The notes beneath the pieces are model-generated. The model was not told the DNA's origin. It was given only the letters and a program-made list of their open reading frames with translations, and made no database searches. Below are positions 16,052 through 24,779 of a stretch of 64,000 nt of DNA, in pieces. Positions within the stretch are counted from its first letter, which is position 1. Each line of letters starts with the position of its first letter. A program made the translations under genes and the position numbers. Where the stretch lies: the NCBI GenBank assembly GCA_949291545.1, contig CASEWB010000009.1, positions 201,874 to 265,873 of the forward strand, in the 5' to 3' direction. The DNA is from an uncultured bacterium. GTDB lineage: Bacteria > Elusimicrobiota > Elusimicrobia > Elusimicrobiales > Elusimicrobiaceae.

Positions 16052-17035
16052 TTAGCAATAATCATCTATACCCTCAGGTCCTTGCCAAATTAAGCCTCTA
16101 TCAAGAGTTATTGTTTTTTCGGCTCCATTTCTTTCAAAAAATGAACCTAATGATATATGAACAAACCCCTTATCAAATATAATTTTTGATGCTGACCAAG
16201 GTTTCATATTTGTCTTATTTGAGCAAATAACCCAAATAGTGTTGTTATCTTCTGATATAACAAAATCTTCAAGAATAGACTCATACTGTTTGTTTCTGCA
16301 AAAAACTTTACCCACCTGAAGATTTTGCGCATAACTTAACAAAGGCTCCTGAATTTCTGTATTTACAGGACAGAGCGGAAATTCGGAAGGAATTTTCCAA
16401 TCTTCTTGAAAAGCTCCCGCCGTTAAAGAAGGCACTCGAAAGTCTTTTACTGGGGATTCTTGTTTTTTTGGGTCTTGAAAAATCCAATCTCCCAGTTTTC
16501 CTTTAGAAGCAGTCTGTTCTTTAGCTATCCATTTTTCCATATTGCGCAAACAATTAGCCGCCTCCTCTTTAGTTACCGTTCTCATCCAATTAAAATTAGG
16601 CTCTTCGTTACTTGGAGGCAACAATGCCGGGTTTTCCAAAAAAGCTTCTATACTGCCACAATAATATTCAATTTTTTTACGTGTATATGGATTTTTAAGA
16701 ACATTTTCCAAACGAGACAGCCAGCGAAGGTTCTCCGGCCGATTATTGCGTCGGTTAGTATCAATATGGTCAACTACATATTCTTTATTGGGAGGAATAC
16801 CATGAAATGCAGTAGCAACAATGCGATGAACCCGAATCGAAACTATTTCCATATAACCTGTTATTGCATTAGGTCTTCCAAAAGTCCATTGATTATCCAA
16901 GGGACGAATACGTTTGTTAGGCCGAGCATGCCGCATTATAGCACCATTATTCCGCACGGAATAATGCTCGCCTTCATATACGCAATCTTTCTCTTGAGAA
17001 AAATCATCTATATTTACTTGACTCATATTTGTCAT
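16052..17035 (-). CDS. HNH endonuclease (phage HNH_3/NUMOD4-like) with unknown ~170-aa C-terminal domain
   Basis: VHRIVATAFHGIPPNKEYVVDHIDTNRRNNRPENLRWLSRLEN is an H-N-H motif. The N-terminal YSVRNNGAIM is NUMOD4-like. Confidence 0.8.
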   Translation of the reverse strand: MTNMSQVNIDDFSQEKDCVYEGEHYSVRNNGAIMRHARPNKRIRPLDNQWTFGRPNAITGYMEIVSIRVHRIVATAFHGIPPNKEYVVDHIDTNRRNNRPENLRWLSRLENVLKNPYTRKKIEYYCGSIEAFLENPALLPPSNEEPNFNWMRTVTKEEAANCLRNMEKWIAKEQTASKGKLGDWIFQDPKKQESPVKDFRVPSLTAGAFQEDWKIPSEFPLCPVNTEIQEPLLSYAQNLQVGKVFCRNKQYESILEDFVISEDNNTIWVICSNKTNMKPWSASKIIFDKGFVHISLGSFFERNGAEKTITLDRGLIWQGPEGIDDYC

Positions 17036-17160
17036 TGTATATCAAATATCCAGTAGGAGCAACCCAAATTCCACTTCTTTTTTGGAAAACGGAGCATGGG
17101 CAAGCCGTTTCCCCGTTATTTTGTCCACATAACCCCATTGGGAGCAACTTTTAGTGGAAT

Positions 17161-17203
17161 AACGAAAAACTCCCCGACGGACAATTTTTCCGTTGGGGAG
17201 TTT
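17161..17203 (-). terminator. Terminator of tRNA-Ser
   Basis: aaactccccgacgg / ccgttggggagttt form a 14-bp stem. On the minus strand it is followed by TTTTTCGTT. Confidence 0.7.
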
Positions 17204-17227
17204 GCTCTAAAGGTTATAAAAAAGACA

Positions 17228-17314
17228 CGGAGAGGGAGAGATTCGAACTCTCGATACGGTTTCCCGTATGCAGTCTTTCCAGGACTGTGCCTTAAACCGC
17301 TCGGCCACCTCTCC
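17228..17314 (-). tRNA. tRNA-Ser (anticodon GGA), long variable arm, no encoded CCA
   Basis: The minus strand reads GGAGAGGTGGCCGAGCGGTTTAAGGCACAGTCCTGGAAAGACTGCATACGGGAAACCGTATCGAGAGTTCGAATCTCTCCCTCTCCG. It has a 7-bp acceptor stem, anticodon stem-loop CAGTC-CTGGAAA-GACTG, a variable arm and T-loop GTTCGAATC. Confidence 0.95.
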
Positions 17315-17385
17315 AAAAGTGTTGCGGACTAAGTACCTATTTATTATAGCAAATTAATGTTTAAGTGTGTATTTGCCGACAGAAA

Positions 17386-17646
17386 CTATTGTTCTGCCGA
17401 CGATTTTGCGTGGTGTTTTACTAACAAATCCCGTAGGGTTTCTACGGTGGCGGATTGACCGGATAATACCACTTCTCCGTCTATTATCAATGCGGGTGTG
17501 TGCAAAATGCCATATTGCACAATGGCGTTTAGATCGTCTATTTTTTCCACGGTTTCATTCCAGCCCAACGAGTTAAGGGCTTGTTGTGTGTGCTTACCGA
17601 GCAAATTGCATTTGGCACAGCCCATTCCCAATACTTTAATTTCCAT
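17386..17646 (-). CDS. Thioredoxin-fold redox-active disulfide protein 2 family
   Basis: 86 aa. MEIKVLGMGCAKCNLL contains a CxxC. It lies downstream of an ArsP-like permease, a recurrent operon. Confidence 0.75.
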   Translation of the reverse strand: MEIKVLGMGCAKCNLLGKHTQQALNSLGWNETVEKIDDLNAIVQYGILHTPALIIDGEVVLSGQSATVETLRDLLVKHHAKSSAEQ

Positions 17647-17655
17647 TGTTTCCTC

Positions 17656-18626
17656 CTATAAAATAGCGTTTAGCAAATATCCAACGGCCATAAACGCTGT
17701 AATTAAATACAGTAAAAACAGCCCAATCATTTTAGCGGAGAGTACTTTTTTTAACATCATCATCTCCGGTAAAGAAATAGCGGTAATGCTCATTAAAATT
17801 ACCAACGCCGTTCCCAGCGGTACACCCTTTAACAGCAAGGCCTGTATAACGGGGATTACTCCCGCGTGGTTGGCGTATAATGGCGCCCCTATAATGGAAG
17901 CCAATGGCACCGCCCACGGGTTATCGGCCCCCAGGTATTTGCTTAAAATTTCCACCGGCACGAACCCGTGTATGGCGGCCCCGACTAAAAGCCCCAAAAT
18001 AATATAGAGCCATAGGTTTTTAAGCGTGTCCCAGGCGAAATGATGTGCGTAACGCAGCAAATCTTGCACGCGTTGAGTGAGCGTTTGCCGCCCGCATGCG
18101 CACGCTGGCATGGCATGCGTGGGTGGGCGGTAGGTGCATAATTTTTCTAGATGCAGCCGGTCCGCCAGCCAGCCCCCTATTACGGCAATTATTGTGCCGC
18201 TGGCTACATACACACAGGCAACCCATAGGCCTGCGCCTTGCATGCTGATTAGCATAAAAGTTGCAATTTCGCTGACTAAGGGGGAGCTGATTAAAAATGC
18301 CATCGTAATTCCAAACGGAATTCCCGCCGTGATAAACCCAATAAAAAGCGGAATGGACGAGCAGGAACAAAACGGCGTTACGACGCCTAAAAATACAGCT
18401 AAAAAATATCCATACCACCGGTTTTTGCCGGCTAGGTAGTTGCGTATTTTTCGGGGGACAGCTGCGCACGAAAAAGCGAAATAACAAAAATGAGGACGTA
18501 AATTAAAACAAAAATCTTTGTTATATCCTCTATAAAAAAATGAACGGAGCTGCCCAATGGCGTTTGGACGCATAGCCCCATTTGCGCGGTAGCCCAATCG
18601 GCTAGGCGAGTAAAAATTTGAAACAT
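17656..18626 (-). CDS. ArsP/DUF318-type permease, reading frame interrupted near 18447-18451
   Basis: The 313-aa ORF carries GVVTPFCSCSSIPLF and multiple TM segments. The membrane N-terminus (FVLIYVLIFVISLFRAQLSPEK) is in a separate 64-aa ORF (18432-18626) in another frame. Confidence 0.75.
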
Positions 18627-18689
18627 AAAACCTCCAGATATTTATCTATATATCTAAATATATAGATGTATTTGCGCAAAAAAATTTCC

Positions 18690-18983
18690 CTATAGGGGAT
18701 TCTTTTTTTGCGTTTCCAACAAAGCGGAAATGTAATGTTGCATTTCGCGCAAGCCGGTATTTTTTAAAGAGTAATGAATCCAGCGCCCTTCTTTGCGGGC
18801 ACAAACGAGCCCGCTGTCACACAGAATTTTCATATGGTGCGAAAGGGTGGATTGCCCAATTTTCAGCTCTTGCTGTAAGTGGCAGGCACACATTTCCCCG
18901 CCGCGGAGCAATTGCACAATTTGTACACGGTGCTCATCGCACAGAGCCTTAAATAGGCGGGCTGTTTGGTGGGGTAAGTGCAT
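18690..18983 (-). CDS. ArsR/SmtB-family metalloregulator
   Basis: Start at MHLPHQ after aggagg. Motifs are LCDEHRVQIVQLLRGGEMCACHLQQELKIGQSTLSHHMKIL. Confidence 0.85.
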   Translation of the reverse strand: MHLPHQTARLFKALCDEHRVQIVQLLRGGEMCACHLQQELKIGQSTLSHHMKILCDSGLVCARKEGRWIHYSLKNTGLREMQHYISALLETQKKNPL

Positions 18984-19074
18984 GGTCTCCTCCTGCTTTA
19001 TTATAGCAAATATATCGATAAATATCAATGTATTTTAATAAAAAACACCCCCGGGGCCGGGGGTGTCGTTTGGA

Positions 19075-20406
19075 TTAAAACATATTGGCTAACATCAATA
19101 GCAGCAAGCCCAAAAACACGCAGCACAGCAGGAACTTGGAAAGCCCCAAGTGTTTTTTAAGCCAGCTGTTAAAAGTGGCCGATTCTTTGCCGCACAGCGT
19201 CAGCACAAAAACCAGCACCAGCGGCAGTACAAACATCAAGTTGTACATAATTAGATATTCGGCCGCTTTCCACGATTGGCTGCCCGCTTCTTTTAAAATG
19301 ACCACGCAGGTAGGCAGATAAACCTGCCCCGTGCATACGGCCTCCACGCCGGACACCACAAACCCTACGGCAAACGCGGCCAAGAGCAAGCGCCACATAG
19401 AGCTGTGTTTGTCGCGCAGGAAGAAACGCATCACTTTATGGATATATTCTTTATAGCTTTTGGGAAGCTGGAGGAGCATTTTTTCGGATTTTTTGGTCCG
19501 TTGGTACACAATAAAATCATACAAGCTAAGCGCCAGGAAAATCACACACAGCCCAATGGTTCCCCATTGCACGGCGAGCGTAACGTAGCGGAACCCCTTC
19601 ATGGCATACAGCGCATGGAAGGCCCCTAAGCCCATCAGCAGATAGGCCAAAAATACCGCTGTACAATAGGCCGTTCCAACAATGATAATTTCTTTTTTGG
19701 TGTATTTGTAAGCCGCCAAAAAGGAAACAAAAAATACAATCACTGCAAACGCACACGGATTGATCCCGTCGGCCAGCCCGGCGCCGATAATGGCCCACAG
19801 CGTAATTTGGCTGAACAAATTCTCGTGGGCTTGCATCTGGGCTTCTTCGGCTTGGGCGGCTATTTCTTCGGTGGAGGCGGGGGCCTCCTCCGCAGGCTCG
19901 GGTTGTGCAGCAGCCGTTTCTTCAGCCGCGGCCGGTTGTTTCGGTTGGGAGGTGCTTTCGGCCGGTTCTGCTGGGGTTTGGGCCTTAGCGGGGGCCTTTT
20001 CAATTGGCTTTAGGCCGGGCACGCGGGTAGTTTCGCCGTTGGCGATGGCTTTTTGGACGGCTTCGTCCGCCCCGGTGCCGATTTGCGTCGGGTAGCCTTG
20101 CAGAATCGTTTCGCCCACGACCAGCATCGGTATGCCGGCGGATTCCAGCTGGTACTCTTTTAAGGTTTGGAAGAACAGCACATTGTTGGCCTGTTCGGTT
20201 AAATCATATTCCAACAGCTCTACCTGGCCTTGGTGCTTTTCGCGGAACTGCTGGGGAAAGCCGTTCTGCTTTAAGTGGCGGCAATGCGGGCAGTAAGGCG
20301 AGGTGAACAGCACGGCCTGCACCGCGGGAGCGGCCCACAGGCTGGACCCCACCCCTACTAAAAGGGCGAGCGACAGAAACGGTTTTAAGAAACGACGGAA
20401 GGTCAT
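19075..20406 (-). CDS. Thioredoxin-fold domain fused via an Ala/Pro/Glu-rich linker to a CcdA/DsbD-type thiol:disulfide membrane transporter
   Basis: Signal/TM, then SPYCPHCRHLK (CxxC), then a low-complexity linker, then DGINPCAFAV and CTGQVYLP in a multi-TM domain. Start at MTFRRF with aggag upstream. Confidence 0.75.
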   Translation of the reverse strand: MTFRRFLKPFLSLALLVGVGSSLWAAPAVQAVLFTSPYCPHCRHLKQNGFPQQFREKHQGQVELLEYDLTEQANNVLFFQTLKEYQLESAGIPMLVVGETILQGYPTQIGTGADEAVQKAIANGETTRVPGLKPIEKAPAKAQTPAEPAESTSQPKQPAAAEETAAAQPEPAEEAPASTEEIAAQAEEAQMQAHENLFSQITLWAIIGAGLADGINPCAFAVIVFFVSFLAAYKYTKKEIIIVGTAYCTAVFLAYLLMGLGAFHALYAMKGFRYVTLAVQWGTIGLCVIFLALSLYDFIVYQRTKKSEKMLLQLPKSYKEYIHKVMRFFLRDKHSSMWRLLLAAFAVGFVVSGVEAVCTGQVYLPTCVVILKEAGSQSWKAAEYLIMYNLMFVLPLVLVFVLTLCGKESATFNSWLKKHLGLSKFLLCCVFLGLLLLMLANMF

Positions 20407-20417
20407 ACAAATAACTC

Positions 20418-20900
20418 CTAGCATTGATTTTGGCAAGAAGCCCAATTTTTTATTTCATTTTGAGAACGATTTTCCAGCAGGCTCCACGGGTCCTGCGGGT
20501 TAAATTCCGCACCGTCTTGGGTGCAGGTTTTGCGGGTTACGCGGGTGACGGGGTTTTCGTCGCATATCGTCAGCGTTTTGGTGCAAGAACAATCCTTCCC
20601 GTTGCATTCCAGCTGGGTGGAAATATGGAAACTCCCGTCCGCTTTTTTGCACTGTGCGTTCTGCAGGACCATCGGGGCGGGTTGTTCGGTCGGGCAGTGC
20701 AAATACGCGCTCCAGCGCACGCCGGCCCAACCGCCTAACAGCATAAATAAGGTCATGCATACGCCCCACGCCCACGCCCGTGCCGGGTGTTGGCGGGGCT
20801 GCCAGCCGTTTAACCGGGCCCACACCCGCTGCTGGGCTTTGGCTTGCGGGTCAAAATCCAGGCGGGAAGCTTTTTCTATCCAATCTTTTGGCATATTCAT
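20418..20900 (-). CDS. Putative anti-sigma factor, single TM, Cys-rich extracytoplasmic domain
   Basis: 160 aa overlapping the sigma gene (ATGA). It has one TM (WAWGVCMTLFMLLGGWAGV) and nine Cys after the TM. Confidence 0.55.
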   Translation of the reverse strand: MNMPKDWIEKASRLDFDPQAKAQQRVWARLNGWQPRQHPARAWAWGVCMTLFMLLGGWAGVRWSAYLHCPTEQPAPMVLQNAQCKKADGSFHISTQLECNGKDCSCTKTLTICDENPVTRVTRKTCTQDGAEFNPQDPWSLLENRSQNEIKNWASCQNQC

Positions 20901-21397
20901 ACAGGCTCCATATACCGGCGCAATTTTTGTACTGCCCGGTGCAACAGCGTGCCGACGTTTGTTTCCGTTAATTGGGTAACGGCGGCAATTTGGCGGTTAT
21001 TTAAGCCCGAATAAAATTTGAGGGAAATAAGGTCCCTTTCTTTATTGGACAACCGCCCCAACGCGTGTATTAATTGCGCGCGGAAGGCGTTTTCTTCCAG
21101 TTTTTCAAGCGGGGTTTGGTCCTGCCCGGGGAGGAGGTCTTCTTCCGCTTCGGGCAAAGAAAAAATATTTTTCACCCAAAACTTCCGCCAGTACATATTG
21201 GTTTCGTTGCGGGCAATGGTAAAAACCCACTGGGGAAAATCGCCTTTTTCAGGGTCAAAGGAAGCAAAATGTTCATAGCATTTTTTCCATACGGCGGCGC
21301 AGATGTCTTCGGCAGCGGCGCTGTTGCGCACGCGGGCAAATACATAGGCGTATACGGGTTTAAAATGCGTTTGGTACAAAGCTTCAAATGACATCAT
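20897..21397 (-). CDS. ECF (sigma-70 family) RNA polymerase sigma factor
   Basis: Region 2 is FPQWVFTIARNETNMYWRK. Region 4 is RDLISLKFYSGLNNRQIAAVTQLTETNVGTLLHRAVQKL. Confidence 0.85.
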   Translation of the reverse strand: MMSFEALYQTHFKPVYAYVFARVRNSAAAEDICAAVWKKCYEHFASFDPEKGDFPQWVFTIARNETNMYWRKFWVKNIFSLPEAEEDLLPGQDQTPLEKLEENAFRAQLIHALGRLSNKERDLISLKFYSGLNNRQIAAVTQLTETNVGTLLHRAVQKLRRYMEPV

Positions 21398-21495
21398 TCT
21401 ACTTATACTATGCGGCGGACGGAAAAGTATCACACTTATTTATTTTAACTTTTCTGAAATAGGAAAAATACTCCCCGGTTTGCCCGGGGAGTTGA

Positions 21496-22116
21496 TTAGG
21501 AGAGAGTGTTTAGCCAAGTGACGATTTTGTTGTCCACGGCGTGGTCGTATTGCGGGCCCAAGTTGTTGAAGCTGGCCCCTTTGAGCAAGCGGGCGTTTTG
21601 GGCGCGAGCGGCAAAGTCTTCAAAAAATGTGCCGTAGTTGCTTCCTTGGGTGGAAAAGGGAACCACCGTTTTGTGTTGGAAATCCATTTCCTGCAGGAAC
21701 TGCAGCACCGGGGTGGCCGCCGTGTACCACCAGATGGGCGAGCCGACAAACACCGTGTCGTAGCCGGACACGTCCGGCAAGGGGTGTTTGAGCGCTGGAT
21801 ATTTTTGCGTAGAGAGCTGGCGCTTGAGCGTGAGGTATATCCACGGTACCTTGGAAATGGGTTGCTGGGTTTCGATGCGGTATAAATCCGCTTGGGTGTG
21901 TTGGGCAATCCGTTGGGCGATGTCTTGCGTGTGGCCCGTCCAGGAATAATAAATGACCAGGGTTTTGCCCAACTGGGCGTTGTAAGAAACCGTCCCCGTT
22001 TGAAAGGGAGCCATTTCCGCTGTGTTGCGCCGGGCTACGCGCCACAGGTGCCACCCTCCGATTGCCCCTCCGACGACAGCTGCCGCCAAAATAACCAGCA
22101 AAAACGTTTTAAGCAT
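21496..22116 (-). CDS. Membrane-anchored flavodoxin-family protein
   Basis: Start at MLKTFLLVILAAAVV; the track ORF is longer. Motifs are LVIYYSWTGHTQDIAQRIAQ and VFVGSPIWW. Confidence 0.7.
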   Translation of the reverse strand: MLKTFLLVILAAAVVGGAIGGWHLWRVARRNTAEMAPFQTGTVSYNAQLGKTLVIYYSWTGHTQDIAQRIAQHTQADLYRIETQQPISKVPWIYLTLKRQLSTQKYPALKHPLPDVSGYDTVFVGSPIWWYTAATPVLQFLQEMDFQHKTVVPFSTQGSNYGTFFEDFAARAQNARLLKGASFNNLGPQYDHAVDNKIVTWLNTLS

Positions 22117-22783
22117 GCAAATCCTCCTGTTTAAAGCGCGGTTTGGCGCTAAGCCATTGAACCGCCTGATAGGTGATAAAAGCCAACCCAAATAAAATGG
22201 CGGTATAGTCCGCCAGCAGGACCCAGCTGTTGGTGCCCCGTCCCACATGCAGCGATTGCAGTAACAGCTTGTCTGCTAAGCCCAGCCGGATAAAGGCATA
22301 CAGCCCGTATAAGGTGCAGAGCACCCCCGCCGCGTAAGCCAGCCGCTTTACAGTGCCTTGCGCTTGCGGCGGAAAAAGCAATTTGATAAGCCCGCCGTTT
22401 AGCCCCAAGTGAAGGCCCATCAGCAGTAAACTCCAGCAAGCAAAAAAGGGGTGCAGCCGCCGCGCTTGAAAGGAACCGTCCAAGTGTAAAAACGAAAACA
22501 CCTCGTGCGATAGCATAATCCCGCTTATAATCATTCCGGCCATCATGGCCAGGAGCAGCACATTTACGGTTGTCAGCACGCTGCGAAAAAGCGTATATTT
22601 CCCGGCGAACAAATGCTGATACCAACTCCAGTTAAGGACGTTATGGGACAGTATGCAAAGGGCTAAGAAAGTGCCTAAAATTTCGTGCGGCAGGTTGCGA
22701 ATAAGCGGATAGTTAAGACATAACAAAAAGAGGACGGTCATAAGCGCGTCCACACTTAATTTTACATATAGTTTGGGTGCCAT
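22109..22783 (-). CDS. Polytopic membrane protein (DUF4405-like, tentative)
   Basis: 224 aa with about 6 hydrophobic helices and conserved His (LPHEILG, LSHNVLNW, LSHEVF). It sits between two flavodoxin genes. Confidence 0.5.
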   Translation of the reverse strand: MAPKLYVKLSVDALMTVLFLLCLNYPLIRNLPHEILGTFLALCILSHNVLNWSWYQHLFAGKYTLFRSVLTTVNVLLLAMMAGMIISGIMLSHEVFSFLHLDGSFQARRLHPFFACWSLLLMGLHLGLNGGLIKLLFPPQAQGTVKRLAYAAGVLCTLYGLYAFIRLGLADKLLLQSLHVGRGTNSWVLLADYTAILFGLAFITYQAVQWLSAKPRFKQEDLHA

Positions 22784-22813
22784 AGCCGTCCTCCTTTTTA
22801 AGTATTATAGCGT

Positions 22814-23410
22814 TTATTGAAGCAGTTTGTTTAGCCAGTTAGCCAGTTGCTTTTCGTCCGCCCCGCGGGAACGGCCCGGGAAAGTGGCCGCCTGCAAAAA
22901 ATGCGCTTGGGGCAGCTGTTTATGCATATCGCTTTCGCAATTTTGCATACCGCCTCCGCCGTGCGTAAAGAACGGAACCAGCTGCTTGCCGGAAAAGTCG
23001 TATTGCGCCAAGAACGACTTTACCGCCGGCGCATAAGTGGCCCACCAGTTTGGGGAACCGATAAACACAACTTCGTACTGTGCCATATTCGGTACGGTGT
23101 TTTTTAATTCCGGCATAAACCCGGCGCGGATTTCTTTTTGGGCCTGGGCCGTTAGTTGGTTGTAAGCGTCCGGATAGGTTTGCACCGTTTCGATGGCAAA
23201 TAAATCGCCTCCGACGGTTTGCGCAATTTGGCGCGCCACAGCTTGCGTATTGCCGGAGTGCGAATAGTAGGCCACCAACACCTTTTTGCCTTCAAACGGG
23301 TTCCCGGCCGGTTGGGCGGCGGTACTGGTGCCGGCATCGGCAGACGGGTTGCCACACGCGGCGCAGGTTATTAATAGGCCGGATCCGAGGAGTTGCGTAA
23401 ATTTGTTCAT
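22814..23410 (-). CDS. Flavodoxin-family lipoprotein
   Basis: Lipobox LLITCAACG. Motifs are VLVAYYSHSGNTQAVARQIAQ and VFIGSPNWW. Confidence 0.7.
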   Translation of the reverse strand: MNKFTQLLGSGLLITCAACGNPSADAGTSTAAQPAGNPFEGKKVLVAYYSHSGNTQAVARQIAQTVGGDLFAIETVQTYPDAYNQLTAQAQKEIRAGFMPELKNTVPNMAQYEVVFIGSPNWWATYAPAVKSFLAQYDFSGKQLVPFFTHGGGGMQNCESDMHKQLPQAHFLQAATFPGRSRGADEKQLANWLNKLLQ

Positions 23411-23432
23411 AAATTCCCTCCACTTGTTAAAA

Positions 23433-23924
23433 TTATTTGTATTGCTCGCCGGTTACCGGGTCCAGCCAGTCGGTTTTGCCGTTTTGGTGGGCGTTGGTTT
23501 CCAGCGAGATATGCACAAACCAGCTGTCCGGCGCGGCCCCGTGCCAATGAATGACGTTCGGTGCAATGCGGACGATGTCGCCTTTGTGCAGGATTTGCAT
23601 TTCTTTTCCTTTTTCTTGGTAGCGTCCTTCCCCGGCCAAGACGAGCAAAATTTGTCCGCCGTCGTGCTTGTGCCAATGGGTGCGGGCTCCAGGTTCAAAG
23701 GTTACGTTGCCGATAGGGGCGTTGAAGGTTTCGTCTTTGGGGCTGAGCATATTTAAATAAGTTTGCCCCGTAAAAAATTGGCCGTAGGGGTTGGGTTCCC
23801 CTTGGGCAAAAATGGTATCAATAGGTGCTTTTTTCATAGAATTCTCCTGATGTGGTTTGGCGGCCATAGCGGCGGTGAGCAGCACGGCAGCCATACAAAA
23901 AATAATCCATTTGGCGGGTTTCAT
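23433..23924 (-). CDS. Secreted cupin-domain protein
   Basis: Signal peptide. FEPGARTHWHKHDGGQILLVLAGEG...IAPNVIHWHGA are the two cupin motifs. Confidence 0.75.
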   Translation of the reverse strand: MKPAKWIIFCMAAVLLTAAMAAKPHQENSMKKAPIDTIFAQGEPNPYGQFFTGQTYLNMLSPKDETFNAPIGNVTFEPGARTHWHKHDGGQILLVLAGEGRYQEKGKEMQILHKGDIVRIAPNVIHWHGAAPDSWFVHISLETNAHQNGKTDWLDPVTGEQYK

Positions 23925-23933
23925 GCGCCCTCC

Positions 23934-24665
23934 TTATGCTTGCGTACGGCTGGATAATACCTGCTGGAGGGATTTTAATCCCTGGCGGGCTGTTTTGCGG
24001 CCGACGGCTTGTTTGACGACGGCCAAAATGCCTTCTATTTTGGCAGGTGTTACGCCTACATTTATGGCCATACCCATATGCGCTTGCAGCTGTGGGGCCA
24101 CATTGCCCAGCGCCGCCAGTGCAGCCACAGTTGCGGTTTCACGCTGGGAATAAGACAAAACCCCGCGTGCAAAAATATCGGCAAATAAGTGTTCCTTTAA
24201 GAAGGTGTCCGTTCCCTGGATAAACACGGGCGGGCGGCTGGGCAGTTCGGAAGCAACCAATACTTCCAGGTTCTTTTTGCCCAGTTCGTATTTATCCGTT
24301 CCCGCCGGGATTGCCTGTGCTTCGGGGCCGGTTAAATCACCTTTTTGGGCGGCTTGGCGTGCCTTGACCACTTGTTCCAATACGCCGGCTGCGTTTAAAC
24401 AACGCGGAAAACCGACATAGGCATACAACTGCAAAACCAATTCCTTCAGTTCGTTTATCGTTAAACCGTTGTTTAAAGCGCGGTCAAAGGCCGGGGCCAG
24501 TTTGTTTAAGTCGCCTACTGCAGCCAATGCGGCCGTTTCGGCGATGGACGCTTCTTGAGGGGAAAGTTCCTTGCGGGCGGATTTCCAATCGTAAGCGTGC
24601 AGACAGCTGCTGCCCAGCAGGCCGGCTGCCAACAACCCTGTAAAATGTTTGTGTGTAAGCTTCAT
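23934..24665 (-). CDS. Carboxymuconolactone decarboxylase (AhpD-like) family protein, two-domain, secreted
   Basis: 243 aa with a signal peptide. ELVLQLYAYVGFPRCLNA and ATVAALAALGNVAPQLQAHMGMAINVGVT are typical CMD-domain segments. Confidence 0.7.
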   Translation of the reverse strand: MKLTHKHFTGLLAAGLLGSSCLHAYDWKSARKELSPQEASIAETAALAAVGDLNKLAPAFDRALNNGLTINELKELVLQLYAYVGFPRCLNAAGVLEQVVKARQAAQKGDLTGPEAQAIPAGTDKYELGKKNLEVLVASELPSRPPVFIQGTDTFLKEHLFADIFARGVLSYSQRETATVAALAALGNVAPQLQAHMGMAINVGVTPAKIEGILAVVKQAVGRKTARQGLKSLQQVLSSRTQA

Positions 24666-24684
24666 ACAACCTCCTTGTTAAAAA

Positions 24685-24715
24685 AGTATACAGCTTGGAG
24701 TTGGCTCCAAGTCAA
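24685..24715 (-). promoter_or_regulatory. MerR-type promoter/operator (19-bp spacer) for the CMD-cupin-flavodoxin operon
   Basis: The minus strand reads TTGACT-tggagccaactccaagctg(19 nt)-TATACT. The dyad CTTGGAG-N4-CTCCAAG spans the spacer. Confidence 0.7.
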
Positions 24716-24779
24716 GGCCTAATTTTTCCATTAAAAAGGCGCGCGGGTCAGGCGCGCCGGAAAAAGCGGGCAAACGGGG

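Larger units (their letters stand above)
3790..17165. mobile_element. AT-rich genomic island (defence and mobility genes) abutting tRNA-Ser; boundaries approximate
   Basis: There is an abrupt, visible drop in GC and a K/N/I/F-rich proteome between the OMP gene and the tRNA-Ser terminator. The island contains a large serine recombinase plus DUF2924, an HNH endonuclease, a ParB-methylase and several nucleases. I could not define att sites. Confidence 0.6.

Noticed and set aside
17096-17332. ORFs 17096-17332(+) and 17116-17316(-)
   Set aside because: Both overlap the tRNA-Ser gene and its terminator, so they are artefacts of ORF calling.
19800-20000. Apparent tandem DNA repeats in GC-rich Ala/Pro/Glu-coding stretches (also 56860-57240)
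   Set aside because: These are low-complexity protein linkers inside long ORFs and not discrete repeat units. No exact tandem periodicity is visible.
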